NCBI GenBank assembly: GCA_042408215.1
Contig: JAYFMW010000006.1
Coordinates: 128,001-192,000 of the forward strand
Origin: Microcoleus sp.
Lineage (GTDB): Bacteria > Cyanobacteriota > Cyanobacteriia > Cyanobacteriales > Microcoleaceae
Direction: 5' to 3'
DNA: 64,000 bases
Made by a program: the position numbers and the translations under genes. The notes below the pieces were generated by a model. The model saw only the letters and a list, made by a program, of their open reading frames with translations, was not told the origin of the DNA and ran no database searches. Every line of letters begins with the position of its first letter. Positions within the stretch are counted from its first letter, which is position 1. Below are positions 43,469-59,097 of this stretch, in pieces.

Positions 43469-46027
43469 TTAATTTGCGATTGATTCCAATAGTTTGTTAG
43501 CACTGTTTACACTTTCAATATCGTATAGTTCTGGATTGTAAGAAACAATTTGTGCTACCAATTTGTGATGGTATTGTTGAGCTTTTTCATTCCTAGAACC
43601 ATGAGCGCGACGATAATTGACAACGACTTCTCTAGTTCCCAAAAAAGGAATGCTGTGCTTGTGACAATTAACCCAAAACTCCCAGTCTTCGTAACCCTCT
43701 TTCATCTCAGATTTGTAACCCCTGACCAAATCCAAAACGGATTTGTGATAAAGTGAGGACGGGTGAATCATGTTAGATTGCTTGATATTTTCCGGCGAAT
43801 ACAAATCGTAACTGGGTACGGTGCGATTTTCAGTGCCAAACAGTTGATAAGAACCAAATGCTACGCAAGGTATCTTTGATTTTAGACATATTTCTAAAAG
43901 ACAAATCAAGGCATTTGCAGCTAAGATGTCATCGGCATCCAAGGGCATGATATATTCGCCCTTTGCTGCTGCTGTGCCAGTATTTCTAGCCATTGATATC
44001 CCTTGATTAGCTTGTTCTACTAGCCGAATTTGATATTGGGGATTTGCTGCTATCAATTTTTTGGCTACTGTGCTGGTAGTATCTAAACTGCCATCATTGA
44101 CAATGATTATTTCCCAATTTTTGTAAGTTTGATTGATAACGCTAGTTACTGCTTGCGACAAAAAATGAGATTGATTGTAACAGGGAATAATCACAGATAT
44201 CAAAGGTTGACTTTCAAGTTGTGGGGAAGCTGTTACTTGCTTGACACTTTCGGGATGGTTTGAGCGTGCATTTTGGGTGGAGTTTCTAGCAGCTTGTAAG
44301 CTGGAAAAAAAAATATTTGGATGGACGATCGCTAATTGATTCAAATCAGTGTTTAGATACTCGTTATTGCTAATATTATACCCTTGCAAATGTGCTGGCA
44401 ACTCCCAGGAAATATTGGGATCTGGTTGATGTTTGACAGGCTCGACATTGCCCCGCCAAGCAGCACCCATAATTTGCATTGTTTGATAAATTATAGTATG
44501 CCATCCCCTTTGTTTCAAGTAATCTAAACCTTTAGCAACATCGGGAGCAGTTAAATCATGAAATAAAATTATCGCATCTTTTTCGGCAAATTTATCACAA
44601 ACAATTGCGTCATTTAATGGCCCGTCACCTTCGTGTTCTCCGTCAATAAAAATTAACGACCATTTGCGGTTAAATTGAGCGGCAAATTCTTCTACTCTTT
44701 GGGGGCTGTAGCCCGGTATTAGCTCGACGGTTGTTTGAACTCCCGACGCATCAAGAGCGCCTTGAATTGAATCGATTACACTTTGTCTGATGTCATCTCT
44801 TTCTAATAGCGGATCGATGACATCTAATGCAACTCCTGCGAGGGCTAAATGACAGGCTGACCAACCCAGCCAGCAACCTATTTCTAAAGCTTTTTTACCT
44901 TGAAATTGTCGGGCTGTATTGTAAAGGATGTGGGCTTCGTCGCGACTGAGAAATCCGACTGAGGGCGCTCGCCGATCGACATACCAATTGTGAGGAATTT
45001 CTCGACGTAGATAAGGCCACGGACAAGTCTGAGTATCGCTGACAATCATGTTGGGAAAGTAGGCATCAGGGAGGATAATTTTAAATCCTGGCGAGATGTA
45101 ATCTCCTGGGGGCAATAAAGTATTATTTGTGATTTCTGACTGTGCTGGTACTGTCATTTTTTGCTCTTGAATGGGTTGGTAGCGGAGGCTTATTTCTATT
45201 GTATCCCCATCAGTTGTTGCCAATTTTACCAAGTCGTGTTTGTGACCGGTCATGTGCAGAATGCCGATCGCCTCCTGTGGCAAATACGGCTCCACAAAAC
45301 AACCTCGCTGCTTGTCCCACACGGGCAAACCAAAGTTACAACTCCAGTTACACCAAGCCGGCAGCATCTCTGTTTTCTCAAATAATTCAGTGCCGTAAAC
45401 CAAGCGATTTAAGGCAATTTGGTCCGTCATCAAAGAGACGTGTTGCTGCAATCCCTGTGCCAAATATTCCGCCCAAAGTTCCCAGTGCAGAGCATCTTTG
45501 TGCAGCGCAAAAACACCAGCATTTATGGTAGGATAGCTGTGTAACTCTTGGGCTACTTTTTCCCCAAAAGCTGCTTGATAATCGCGATAAACAAATTCGG
45601 AGTACCAAGGCAGTTTGCCGTAAGCTAAATAATAACCACGATCCAGTTCTGGCACAACTGCTAAACCTCGCTTTGCCGCTCCTTGAACTAATAATCTAAC
45701 GGCTTTCCAATCTTGTAGCCAAGCATCAGCATCTATCCACAGATAGATGTCAAAATTTGGGAAGTATTGGCGCAAAAACGGACGTGCTAAAAGTCCTTTG
45801 AGGTAGTGAGGAGCTTCATTTCTGCCAGGAAAGTCAAAGTCCCAATCGGGTTTTTGAATGAAATTAACTTGTGTTTCTAGCCACTGTAATTGATCGGGAG
45901 TGCAGCCGAGATCGAAAAAGCCGATCGCCACATTTTCACTTTCTGGTTTTTGCCGCACCGATAAAATAGTGCCTCGCACCAGTTCAAAGTAATTTGCATC
46001 AGCGGCCGTAATGATGATAAGCTGCAT
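43469..46027 (-). CDS. Multidomain protein: GT-A-like N-terminus, class I SAM methyltransferase (Methyltransf_24-like), GT2
   Basis: WIDADAW (DXD); [44 protein letters not shown]. Confidence 0.85.
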   Translation of the reverse strand: MQLIIITAADANYFELVRGTILSVRQKPESENVAIGFFDLGCTPDQLQWLETQVNFIQKPDWDFDFPGRNEAPHYLKGLLARPFLRQYFPNFDIYLWIDADAWLQDWKAVRLLVQGAAKRGLAVVPELDRGYYLAYGKLPWYSEFVYRDYQAAFGEKVAQELHSYPTINAGVFALHKDALHWELWAEYLAQGLQQHVSLMTDQIALNRLVYGTELFEKTEMLPAWCNWSCNFGLPVWDKQRGCFVEPYLPQEAIGILHMTGHKHDLVKLATTDGDTIEISLRYQPIQEQKMTVPAQSEITNNTLLPPGDYISPGFKIILPDAYFPNMIVSDTQTCPWPYLRREIPHNWYVDRRAPSVGFLSRDEAHILYNTARQFQGKKALEIGCWLGWSACHLALAGVALDVIDPLLERDDIRQSVIDSIQGALDASGVQTTVELIPGYSPQRVEEFAAQFNRKWSLIFIDGEHEGDGPLNDAIVCDKFAEKDAIILFHDLTAPDVAKGLDYLKQRGWHTIIYQTMQIMGAAWRGNVEPVKHQPDPNISWELPAHLQGYNISNNEYLNTDLNQLAIVHPNIFFSSLQAARNSTQNARSNHPESVKQVTASPQLESQPLISVIIPCYNQSHFLSQAVTSVINQTYKNWEIIIVNDGSLDTTSTVAKKLIAANPQYQIRLVEQANQGISMARNTGTAAAKGEYIMPLDADDILAANALICLLEICLKSKIPCVAFGSYQLFGTENRTVPSYDLYSPENIKQSNMIHPSSLYHKSVLDLVRGYKSEMKEGYEDWEFWVNCHKHSIPFLGTREVVVNYRRAHGSRNEKAQQYHHKLVAQIVSYNPELYDIESVNSANKLLESIAN

Positions 46028-46050
46028 AAATATAGGATTTTTGGTTAAGG

Positions 46051-46110
46051 ATTGGGCATTGGGCATTCGGCATTGGGAATTGGGAATTGGGCATTGGGAA
46101 TTGGGCATTG
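46051..46110. repeat. STRR-like heptamer repeat (TTGGGCA/TTGGGAA)
   Basis: About 8 tandem units. Confidence 0.85.
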
Positions 46111-46206
46111 TTTAAATATTTCCCTCTTCATGACCTCCGTTACATCCGTTACATAATCCGTTGCCGAACTTCCTTCTTCCTTAAATTATACTATCGAGGA
46201 GGACTT

Positions 46207-47805
46207 ATGAAAAACCCAAAAGGGAAAGTTTACCTAGTCGGTGCGGGGCCCGGAGATTGTGACTTGATGACAGTGCGATCGCACAAATTGCTATCCCAAG
46301 CCGAAGTCTTAATCTACGACGCTCTAGTCGATATCCCCCAACTCGAATTAATCCCAGTAACTTGCCTCAAAATCGAAGTCGGAAAACGCGGTGGCAAACC
46401 TTCTACTCAACAACAAGAAATCAACCGTTTGCTAGTAGAACACTGCCACAGAGGCAAACAAGTAGTACGCCTCAAAAGCGGCGATCCGTTTATTTTTGGA
46501 CGTTCTAGCTCCGAAATTCAAGCATTAATAGCAGCCGACTGCGAGTTTGAAGTAATACCTGGAATTTCATCTGCATTCGCCGCACCATTGTTAGCAGGAA
46601 TTCCCCTCACAGATCCGGTAATGAGCCGCTGTTTTGCAGTGATGAGCGCCCACGAACCAGATGCTCTGGAATGGGAAGCATTAGTGCACATAGACACTTT
46701 GGTAATATTGATGGGAGGGCGCAATTTAAGTGAGATTATCTGGCAATTACAAAAACACGGATTATCGAGCCAAACTCCGATCGCCATTATCCGAGATTGC
46801 GGCCGCCCCGAACAACAAATTTGGCTCGGCAATCTCTCTGATATTATACATAAAACAACAGGTGAATCTCTGTCACCTTGTGTGATAATTATTGGGGAAG
46901 TAGTAAGATTACGCGAATATTTAATCCAGCCACAAAGCACCAACATGATCGATATAAATGTCCCTCTTAATAACAGCCAATTGCCACTAGCAGGAAAAAC
47001 TATTTTAGTCACCCGTGCAGCTTCTCAATCTGGTCAATTTAGCGATCGCCTCCAGCAACAAGGAGCCCGCGTTATCGAAATGCCCGCCCTAGTAATTGGC
47101 CCGCCTTCCACCTGGGAACCATTAGACAGTGCGATCGCCCAATTGTCAAGTTTTCACTGGTTAATTCTCACTTCCCACAACGCTGTAGACTGTTTTTTTG
47201 CCAGACTAGAAACCAGCGGCAAAGATTCCCGCAGCTTGTTCGGCATCAAAATTGCAGTTGTCGGCAAAAAAACTGCCGAAAGTTTGCGATCGCACTCTTT
47301 GCAACCTGACTTTATTCCCCCCAACTTTGTCGCCGATTCCCTAGTCGAAAACTTCCCCTGGGAGGGCGTGGAGGGCGAGCACGGGGGCATCGCCCCTACG
47401 AACTGCAAGATATTATTTCCGAGAGTAGAAAGCGGTGGGAGAGAAGTTTTAGTCAAAGAATTCACCGCCAAAGGAGCGCAAGTAATCGAAGCACCAGCCT
47501 ATCAATCTTGTTGTCCCGAAAGTATCGACCCGATCGCCCTAGCAGCACTGCAAAATCGGGCAGTGAATATTATAACATTTGCCAGTTCCAAAACCGTACA
47601 AAATTTTTGCAAACTCATAGAACAAAGCCCCGAATTGTCCAGATCGCAGGATTGGTTAAAAAATGTTTGCATCGCCTCCATCGGGCCGGAAACTTCCAAA
47701 AGTTGTTATAATTTATTGGGTAAGTTAGATGTAGAAGCCAAAGAGTATACCTTAGATGGATTGACAGAGGCGATCGTTCAATGGGTTTCAGAAAATCCAA
47801 CATAA
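46207..47805 (+). CDS. cobA: Uroporphyrinogen-III C-methyltransferase / uroporphyrinogen-III synthase fusion
   Basis: VYLVGAGPGD, VVRLKSGDPFIFGR; HemD part ILVTRA, FASSKTV, SIGPETS. Confidence 0.93.
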   Translation: MKNPKGKVYLVGAGPGDCDLMTVRSHKLLSQAEVLIYDALVDIPQLELIPVTCLKIEVGKRGGKPSTQQQEINRLLVEHCHRGKQVVRLKSGDPFIFGRSSSEIQALIAADCEFEVIPGISSAFAAPLLAGIPLTDPVMSRCFAVMSAHEPDALEWEALVHIDTLVILMGGRNLSEIIWQLQKHGLSSQTPIAIIRDCGRPEQQIWLGNLSDIIHKTTGESLSPCVIIIGEVVRLREYLIQPQSTNMIDINVPLNNSQLPLAGKTILVTRAASQSGQFSDRLQQQGARVIEMPALVIGPPSTWEPLDSAIAQLSSFHWLILTSHNAVDCFFARLETSGKDSRSLFGIKIAVVGKKTAESLRSHSLQPDFIPPNFVADSLVENFPWEGVEGEHGGIAPTNCKILFPRVESGGREVLVKEFTAKGAQVIEAPAYQSCCPESIDPIALAALQNRAVNIITFASSKTVQNFCKLIEQSPELSRSQDWLKNVCIASIGPETSKSCYNLLGKLDVEAKEYTLDGLTEAIVQWVSENPT

Positions 47806-48108
47806 TATCAAGTCCGATAGATTAACCATGATTCTCGTAGGGGCGGGTTCACCAACAATAATTGCCAATAATCGACAATCTCATAAACCCGCCCCCACCC
47901 AACGACAAATCATCATCTAAGAAGGCGAGATAAGTAGTAAACTGGTTGTCAGATAATTAGAGGGAATTGAGGAACAAAATAGCCAGTAAAATTATCAACA
48001 ATAACAAAACCCGTGCAGTCTACGTCAAGCAAATAATAGACATCTCCCAAAAAGCCTGTCAAGAACAGGCAGGATGCCTGTTCCACAATAAACTAATTAG
48101 CAAAAGCC

Positions 48109-49290
48109 ATGAATATAAATTTTTCTCGTTTCGACACCTTAAGCAGCGTGCTAGCAGGAACCAGCGTCGCCGCCTTAACCATAATCATCAGCCAACCGGC
48201 GATCGCCAAAACGCCCCAAGCAGTCGCCAACATTGCCGGCCCGCTGACAGTACAAATTAACAGTTCCCTAGGAGACGGTTCCGGCGTAATTATTGCCAAA
48301 AACGGCAAAACTTACACAGTTTTAACAGTCAACCACGTAGTAGAAAAAGCCGACGTCAAATACACGGTTCGCACTTCCATCGGCAAAAACTATCCAGCAA
48401 CCTCCGTCACCCGCTTGCAAATAGCCCAAACCGACGCGGATTTAGCCGTAGTCAAATTTGAAAGTCCAGAAGAATATCCAGTGGCGACGATCGCCGATTC
48501 CGATCAAGCCGTCATTGGCACTCAAATCTTCGTTTACGGCTATCCCGCTACCGGAGGACTTTTTGGGGCAGAAAGAGAACCAGAACTCTCTCCCGGACTC
48601 GTTACCAGCCGCCCCCACAATCGCCCGGAAGGTTACACATTGCGGTATCAGGCCGTAACTTGGAGTGGCATGAGTGGCGGGCCAGTTTTCGACTCCGAAG
48701 GCCGAGTCATCGGCTTACACGGACAAGGCGAATTCGGTTTCGCGCAAACCAGTTCCGGTGAAGTCGCCCCGATTAAAACAGGATTTAACGCAGCAGTTCC
48801 GATCAATACTTTTATCGCAAAACTGGTGGCGGCGGGAATGAACAAATCCGAGTTGAAAGTAGACAATACTCCCGCAATCCAAGGCCCCGTATCCAGCGCT
48901 AATCCTCCAGATGCCCAAGCCTATTATTTTCGCGGACTTTCGCGGTTAGATCAAGGAGATGCTTGGGAGGCGATCGCCGATTTCAACAAAGCACTTGCTT
49001 CCAAGTCCAACTACACTCCCGAATTGTACTTCAACATCGGCAATGCCCGCACTCTCATCAGCAGCGTCGATTCAACCCGTGGGCCCAGCGCTATTCAAGC
49101 ATACACGCGGGCGATCGAAGCCAATGCCGGCTTTGCCGACGCCTACTACAACCGCGCGTTAGCCCATCTCGAAAACAAAGACAAACCCCAAGCAATTGCC
49201 GACTTTCAGAAAGCAGCAGAACTGTACAAACAAGGAGGGAGAACGAGTGCGTATCTAGACGCGCGTAAAAGAATCGAACAGTTGCAGTGA
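48109..49290 (+). CDS. Secreted trypsin-like serine protease with C-terminal TPRs
   Basis: Signal peptide; LTVNHV, DLAVV, GMSGGP catalytic triad; AYYNRA TPR. Confidence 0.88.
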   Translation: MNINFSRFDTLSSVLAGTSVAALTIIISQPAIAKTPQAVANIAGPLTVQINSSLGDGSGVIIAKNGKTYTVLTVNHVVEKADVKYTVRTSIGKNYPATSVTRLQIAQTDADLAVVKFESPEEYPVATIADSDQAVIGTQIFVYGYPATGGLFGAEREPELSPGLVTSRPHNRPEGYTLRYQAVTWSGMSGGPVFDSEGRVIGLHGQGEFGFAQTSSGEVAPIKTGFNAAVPINTFIAKLVAAGMNKSELKVDNTPAIQGPVSSANPPDAQAYYFRGLSRLDQGDAWEAIADFNKALASKSNYTPELYFNIGNARTLISSVDSTRGPSAIQAYTRAIEANAGFADAYYNRALAHLENKDKPQAIADFQKAAELYKQGGRTSAYLDARKRIEQLQ

Positions 49291-49316
49291 AATTTGAAGT
49301 TAGTAGTTCTGGACTC

Positions 49317-50112
49317 ATATCAATTCCGGTAACACCAATTTAATGGGTCGTTGCATAGATCTCGATCCCCCTAAATTCCCCTTAATAAGGGAGACTTTGA
49401 GCAGAATCTTGTTCCACCCCCTACTCCCCTTATTAAGGGGGGTTAGGGGGGATCAGATTCTACGGGGCCTCATAAAAAACTGGTGTTACACCGGAATGAT
49501 ATAGAGGAGACGGCTTGGCCTTAGTCCCTACCCAAAATAATATTGTAGGGACACTCCAGGAGCCCATTGGTGTCAACTTAAGCCTGAAAGCCCTGAGAAA
49601 TCTGGTTTTTACCTGAGTCTAGATCCCCCTAAATCCCCCTTAAGAAGGGGAGTAGGGGGTGACTTTGATCGGACTCCTGTCCCCCCCGACCTAAGGGGGG
49701 TTAGGGGGGATCTGGCCTTAATCGTCAAACAGTAGTCTGTGACAGGGTTTGGCCTTAAGTTGACACCAATGGGCAATGCCCTCTCCTAATTTCGGCAATA
49801 ATTCCGAATCCTATAATTGTTTATGAATGATTTAACCTTTCTAGGGCGCAGAGGGCGCGGAGGAAGAGAGGGTTATTTTGGGGTAGGGAAATGAGATTAT
49901 TGGTGATTGGAACCAACAAATAACCAATCACAAATAACAACTAACAAATAACCAATAATACCAATTTAATTTGAAGTTGCATATATTCCGATCCCCCTAA
50001 ATCCCCCTTAATAAGGGGAGTAGAGGGTGACTTTGACCACACTCTTGTCCCCCCCTTATTAAGGGGGGTTAGGGGGGATCAGATTCTATGCAGCCTCATA
50101 AAAAATTGGTAT
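49317..50112. repeat. Three CCCCCTAA...TTAGGGGGGATC palindromic cores in different inverted-repeat shells
   Basis: Shells ATATCAATTCCGGT/ACCGGAATGATAT, CATTGGTGTCAACTTAAG/CTTAAGTTGACACCAATG, ATACCAATTT/AAATTGGTAT. Confidence 0.8.
49565..49771. mobile_element. MITE-like element with perfect 18-bp TIR
   Basis: CATTGGTGTCAACTTAAG ... CTTAAGTTGACACCAATG; non-coding. Confidence 0.7.
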
Positions 50113-50131
50113 AACAAATAACCGATCGCAA

Positions 50132-55294
<5,163 letters not shown>

Positions 55295-55500
55295 AAGGTT
55301 TGCCTGAGTCTAGCCTTAATTCGAGTTGAGAATTGAGATTTTAGGTAAAACAGAGCAGATCGCACCCTCATCCTGACTATTTCTAACCTAGCTCGCGGAT
55401 CGCCAAATCTCAAATTTTAAGTCGAATTTTGAGTGTGTCACCAACATAGCAAAGACTGCCGATCAGTGTCGAAACACAGAAAGTCAAAACAGAGAAAATT

Positions 55501-56130
55501 ATGAGCGATCGAATTGTGCGGATCATCGGTTTGACTGGGGGCATCGCTACCGGTAAAACCGCTATATCTAATTATCTGGCCGATACTTACAAATTTCCGA
55601 TTTTAGATGCCGATCTTTACGCCCGCGAAGCTGTGTACCCAGGTTCGCGAATACTGAATTCTATTGTAGAACGCTACGGCCCTAGTATTTTGCTTTCCGA
55701 CGGCAATTTAAATCGGTCGGAGTTGGGAAATATTATTTTTTGTAACCCAGCCGAACGGCAGTGGCTAGAACAACAGATTCATCCTTATGTCCGCCGCCGC
55801 TTAATTGAGGCAACTGAAAGCTACATTTCTCGATCGAGTCTGGTATCTACAAGCACGTTGACTGTGGTTTTGGTAGTGCCGCTGCTGTTTGAAGCTAACA
55901 TGACTGATTTGTGTACAGCCATTTGGGTTGTTTACTGTTCGCCCTCTGTGCAGTTAGAACGGCTTATGCAGCGAGATGGCTTGAGTTGCGATCGAGCTTT
56001 GGCCCGTATTAAAACTCAGTTGCCGCTAGATCAAAAGTGTCAAAAAGCTGATGTTGTTTTAGACAACTCGTCAACCCTCGACTCGCTGTTTATGCAGGTA
56101 AATGCGATCGTCAGCCGATTTGAGATTTGA
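55501..56130 (+). CDS. coaE: Dephospho-CoA kinase
   Basis: IGLTGGIATGKT, LEQQIHPYV, VPLLFEA, QLERLMQRD. Confidence 0.95.
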   Translation: MSDRIVRIIGLTGGIATGKTAISNYLADTYKFPILDADLYAREAVYPGSRILNSIVERYGPSILLSDGNLNRSELGNIIFCNPAERQWLEQQIHPYVRRRLIEATESYISRSSLVSTSTLTVVLVVPLLFEANMTDLCTAIWVVYCSPSVQLERLMQRDGLSCDRALARIKTQLPLDQKCQKADVVLDNSSTLDSLFMQVNAIVSRFEI

Positions 56131-56525
56131 GATTACTCCCACCTGAATCTGCGAAGGAATAAATCCGTTCCCAGGTTTAATTTAGCGCCAGATCGATAAA
56201 TTATTAAGGTAATCTGAAGCATTTAAAAAAATTACAATTTAGGATTTTCTTTCGCGTTTTTTGGCGGTTGCTATATATAGCGGTTTTCAACCGCATGAGG
56301 TACAAGCCGATCGATGCCCTATGCCCACGGAGGCCTATGCCCTATGCCCAATCTCCAATCCCCAAGCGTACCTCATTGAACAGAGAAGCGGCTATATAGC
56401 AACCGTCAAGGCAGTTAGGATGTTTTAAATTGCTGAAAGCATTGATTTTATTCCTGATTCCTGATTCCTGATTCCTGATTTCTGATTCCTTCAACATCCT
56501 GCTCTAAGTGAACGCGCAACCAGAA

Positions 56526-56544
56526 TGAGGGGTGTCACCCCCTA
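56526..56544. promoter_or_regulatory. HetR-box-like palindrome GAGGGGTGTCACCCCCT
   Basis: Contains GGG-N5-CCC and resembles the hetP-promoter HetR site GAGGGGTCTAACCCCTC; ~110 bp upstream of patX. Confidence 0.55.
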
Positions 56545-56652
56545 TTTACGGAAGTCAAAAAAGTTGCAATTTTGGCAAAATTGCATTTTTTTACCCTGAT
56601 AGCAGAGTACAGGCTGCGTATCAAGAAGTGGAAACTACAAACACCGAACTTT

Positions 56653-56853
56653 ATGATGCGCGTTTACTCTTCTATCCTGATGCCAAGCCTGTTATTGAGC
56701 AGCACCGCAGTTAACGCTCAAAGCTTTGAAACTCGATCGACCTTTTTCTCTCAATCCAAATCTGTTCCCGAATTCTTAACAGCTCAAGATGACAATTCGA
56801 CTTCTTCAGATAACGATCAAGATTCTGAGCCAGAACGAGGAAGCGGAAGATAA
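56653..56853 (+). CDS. patX: PatX-like RGSGR signalling peptide precursor
   Basis: 66 aa; hydrophobic signal ending VNA; C-terminal PERGSGR*. Confidence 0.8.
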   Translation: MMRVYSSILMPSLLLSSTAVNAQSFETRSTFFSQSKSVPEFLTAQDDNSTSSDNDQDSEPERGSGR

Positions 56854-57144
56854 AGCCAAAAAACGGATATTTTTGCCAAAAAGAAGCGAAAAATACAGAA
56901 TGATTATTTTTGTGATTTTTGCTTCTTTTTTTTGCGGAAACTCAGGAATTCAGATATTTTTGATGTTTTTTAAGTATCGGCGGAGCGGGTTTACAGGAGC
57001 GATCGGAGCATTGTCAATAAGCCCTCCGGGGCGGGTTCACCAATAGCTTTAAAGGATACTCAAAGACTAAAAAACCCGCCCCCACCCCGCGCGAGAGTCC
57101 TTTATTGACAATGGTGCTTGATGTGAATTTAACCGGACTTGATA

Positions 57145-58551
57145 TCAATCCTCAGCAGCAGCTTCACCACCAACAACTACATTGCGAATCCGCAAACTAG
57201 GGCCGCCGCAGCCCACAGGTAAACCGCTTTGTCCACCCTTGCCGCAGCCGCCGGATTCATCCCAATGAAAATCGTCGCCGATCGCCTCAATATCGGCTAA
57301 AGTGCTGAAAACATTACCCGAAAGAGTAACATCCCGCACTGGTTCGGCCAATTTGCCATTGCAAATCATCCAAGCTTCGCCGGCACTGAAAGTAAACATT
57401 TCGCCGTTAGTCATGCCGCCCTGCCAATTGCGCGCATAAACACCTTCTTCGATGCCAGAAAATAAGTCAGCAACCGGTGTTGTACCCCGTTCGATCCAAG
57501 TATTGGTCATGCGGACGATCGGCGGATAATGATAATTCAAACAGCGAGCATTCCCAGTAGGCAATTCTCCCAATTTCCCAGCAGTCTCGCGGGAGTGCAG
57601 CCGCCCGACTAAAGCACCATCCTTAATTAACTGAGTAGTAGTAGCCGGAGTGCCTTCATCGTCGTAGAAATAACTGCCGCGGTGTCCCTCTGGTGCCGCA
57701 CCGTCGAAAATTTGCAACTCTTTGGGGCCGAACTGGCGGCCGAGGGTCATAACTTCCAAGATGTCGGGATTTTCGTAGGCCATGTCGGCTTCTGAGAGGT
57801 GTCCGAAGGCTTCGTGGACGAATAATCCGCTGAGAATTGGGTCAATGACGACGGTGTAACTGTTGCCTTGGACGGGGGGTAAGGCTAGGGAGTCTACGGC
57901 TCTCTGGGCGGCGCTGCGAACTTGAAGATCGAGATCGGTTAAGTCTTCGTATGCTTTGCGGGAACCGGTGGTTTCGCGGCCGGTTTGTACGGTTTCCCCG
58001 CTGCGGGCTGTGGCGGCAAAGCGCATTTCCATGTCGGCCCAACCTTGTTCGAGCATTGTGCCTTCGGAGGTGGCGAGGATGATGCGCTGGGTGCTGTCGC
58101 CGTAGCGGACGGAGACGGTGGCGATGCAGGGGTCTATGCTGCGGAGAATGGCGGCGTAGCGATCGCACAATTGCTTTTTCTCGATCAGGGGAACCAGACG
58201 GGGGTCTGTTCCTGTCAGCGGTAGGAAGCAAATGTCCTGTACGGGGCTGACGGTTGCGAGAATTGTTTCTTCCTCGCCGATTAGTTTGGCGGCGGCGATG
58301 GCTTCTTCAATTCTTTCGGCGAGGGTGGAAAGTCGGTTAAAACTGGCAAAGCCCCAGCCGCCTTTGTGACAAGCTCGAACTTGGCCGCCAATGGAGACTC
58401 CTTCGCTGAGGGTTTCAATTTTTTCGCCCCGCAGCAGGATGTCGGTGCCTTCGGCTTCTTCTAGACGAATTGCTAGATAATCTACCTGGTTGCGGTAGCG
58501 TGCCATTAAGTCAGACAGCAGATTTTTGGAGTCAGCGATCGAGGTGGGCAT
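57145..58551 (-). CDS. tldD: TldD/PmbA family metalloprotease
   Basis: HEAFGHLSEAD, YDDEG, RMTNT, GCGKGGQ. Confidence 0.92.
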   Translation of the reverse strand: MPTSIADSKNLLSDLMARYRNQVDYLAIRLEEAEGTDILLRGEKIETLSEGVSIGGQVRACHKGGWGFASFNRLSTLAERIEEAIAAAKLIGEEETILATVSPVQDICFLPLTGTDPRLVPLIEKKQLCDRYAAILRSIDPCIATVSVRYGDSTQRIILATSEGTMLEQGWADMEMRFAATARSGETVQTGRETTGSRKAYEDLTDLDLQVRSAAQRAVDSLALPPVQGNSYTVVIDPILSGLFVHEAFGHLSEADMAYENPDILEVMTLGRQFGPKELQIFDGAAPEGHRGSYFYDDEGTPATTTQLIKDGALVGRLHSRETAGKLGELPTGNARCLNYHYPPIVRMTNTWIERGTTPVADLFSGIEEGVYARNWQGGMTNGEMFTFSAGEAWMICNGKLAEPVRDVTLSGNVFSTLADIEAIGDDFHWDESGGCGKGGQSGLPVGCGGPSLRIRNVVVGGEAAAED

Positions 58552-58908
58552 GGGGAAAGCAGGGTGTTTAACTGCATCCATTTTGCACTTTTTCCAGGGC
58601 GATCGGTCTAGTTGATGAAAAATATCGGCCCAAGCGCGGAGATTGCGACTTGTTTGGTACGGTTTGCCAATATCGCGAATTGACAAAGGTAGATATGCTG
58701 TGAGTCAGGAGGAAGGCGCAAGAATTCAGCGGGTTTTTTTAATCCTTTTGCTGCCTGAATCCTAACTCCTAAACTTTCATATTAACAATAAATACTTCAT
58801 TCTTGAGGGATCTGAAAATGGGTTTATATAGCCACCTAAATAAGTAATTAAGACTTGTTTAATTACTAAAACTATTGATTGTCTTCTGTCTTTCTACCGT
58901 GAGTCCTT

Positions 58909-58965
58909 CGACCCTTCGACTACGCTCAGGGTACTGCTATTGGGTCCCTGAGCGTAGTCGAAGGG
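58909..58965. repeat. Palindromic repeat CTTCGACTACGCTCAGGG...CCCTGAGCGTAGTCGAAG followed by TTACATCCG 9-mers
   Basis: Perfect inverted repeat; the 9-mer block recurs at ~46138-46180. Confidence 0.75.
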
Positions 58966-59097
58966 TATTCTTCCTTCTTCCTTCTTCCTTCTATCCTTTA
59001 CATCCGTTACATAATCCGTTGCCGAACTTCCTTCTATCCGTTACATCCGTTACATCCGTTACAAAATCCGTTGCCGAACTTCCTTACTTATATAACT

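Noticed and set aside
46027..46207. N-terminal extensions [12 protein letters not shown] / MGIGNWAL on two divergent genes
   Set aside because: Translations of heptamer repeats; the true starts are at 46027 and 46207
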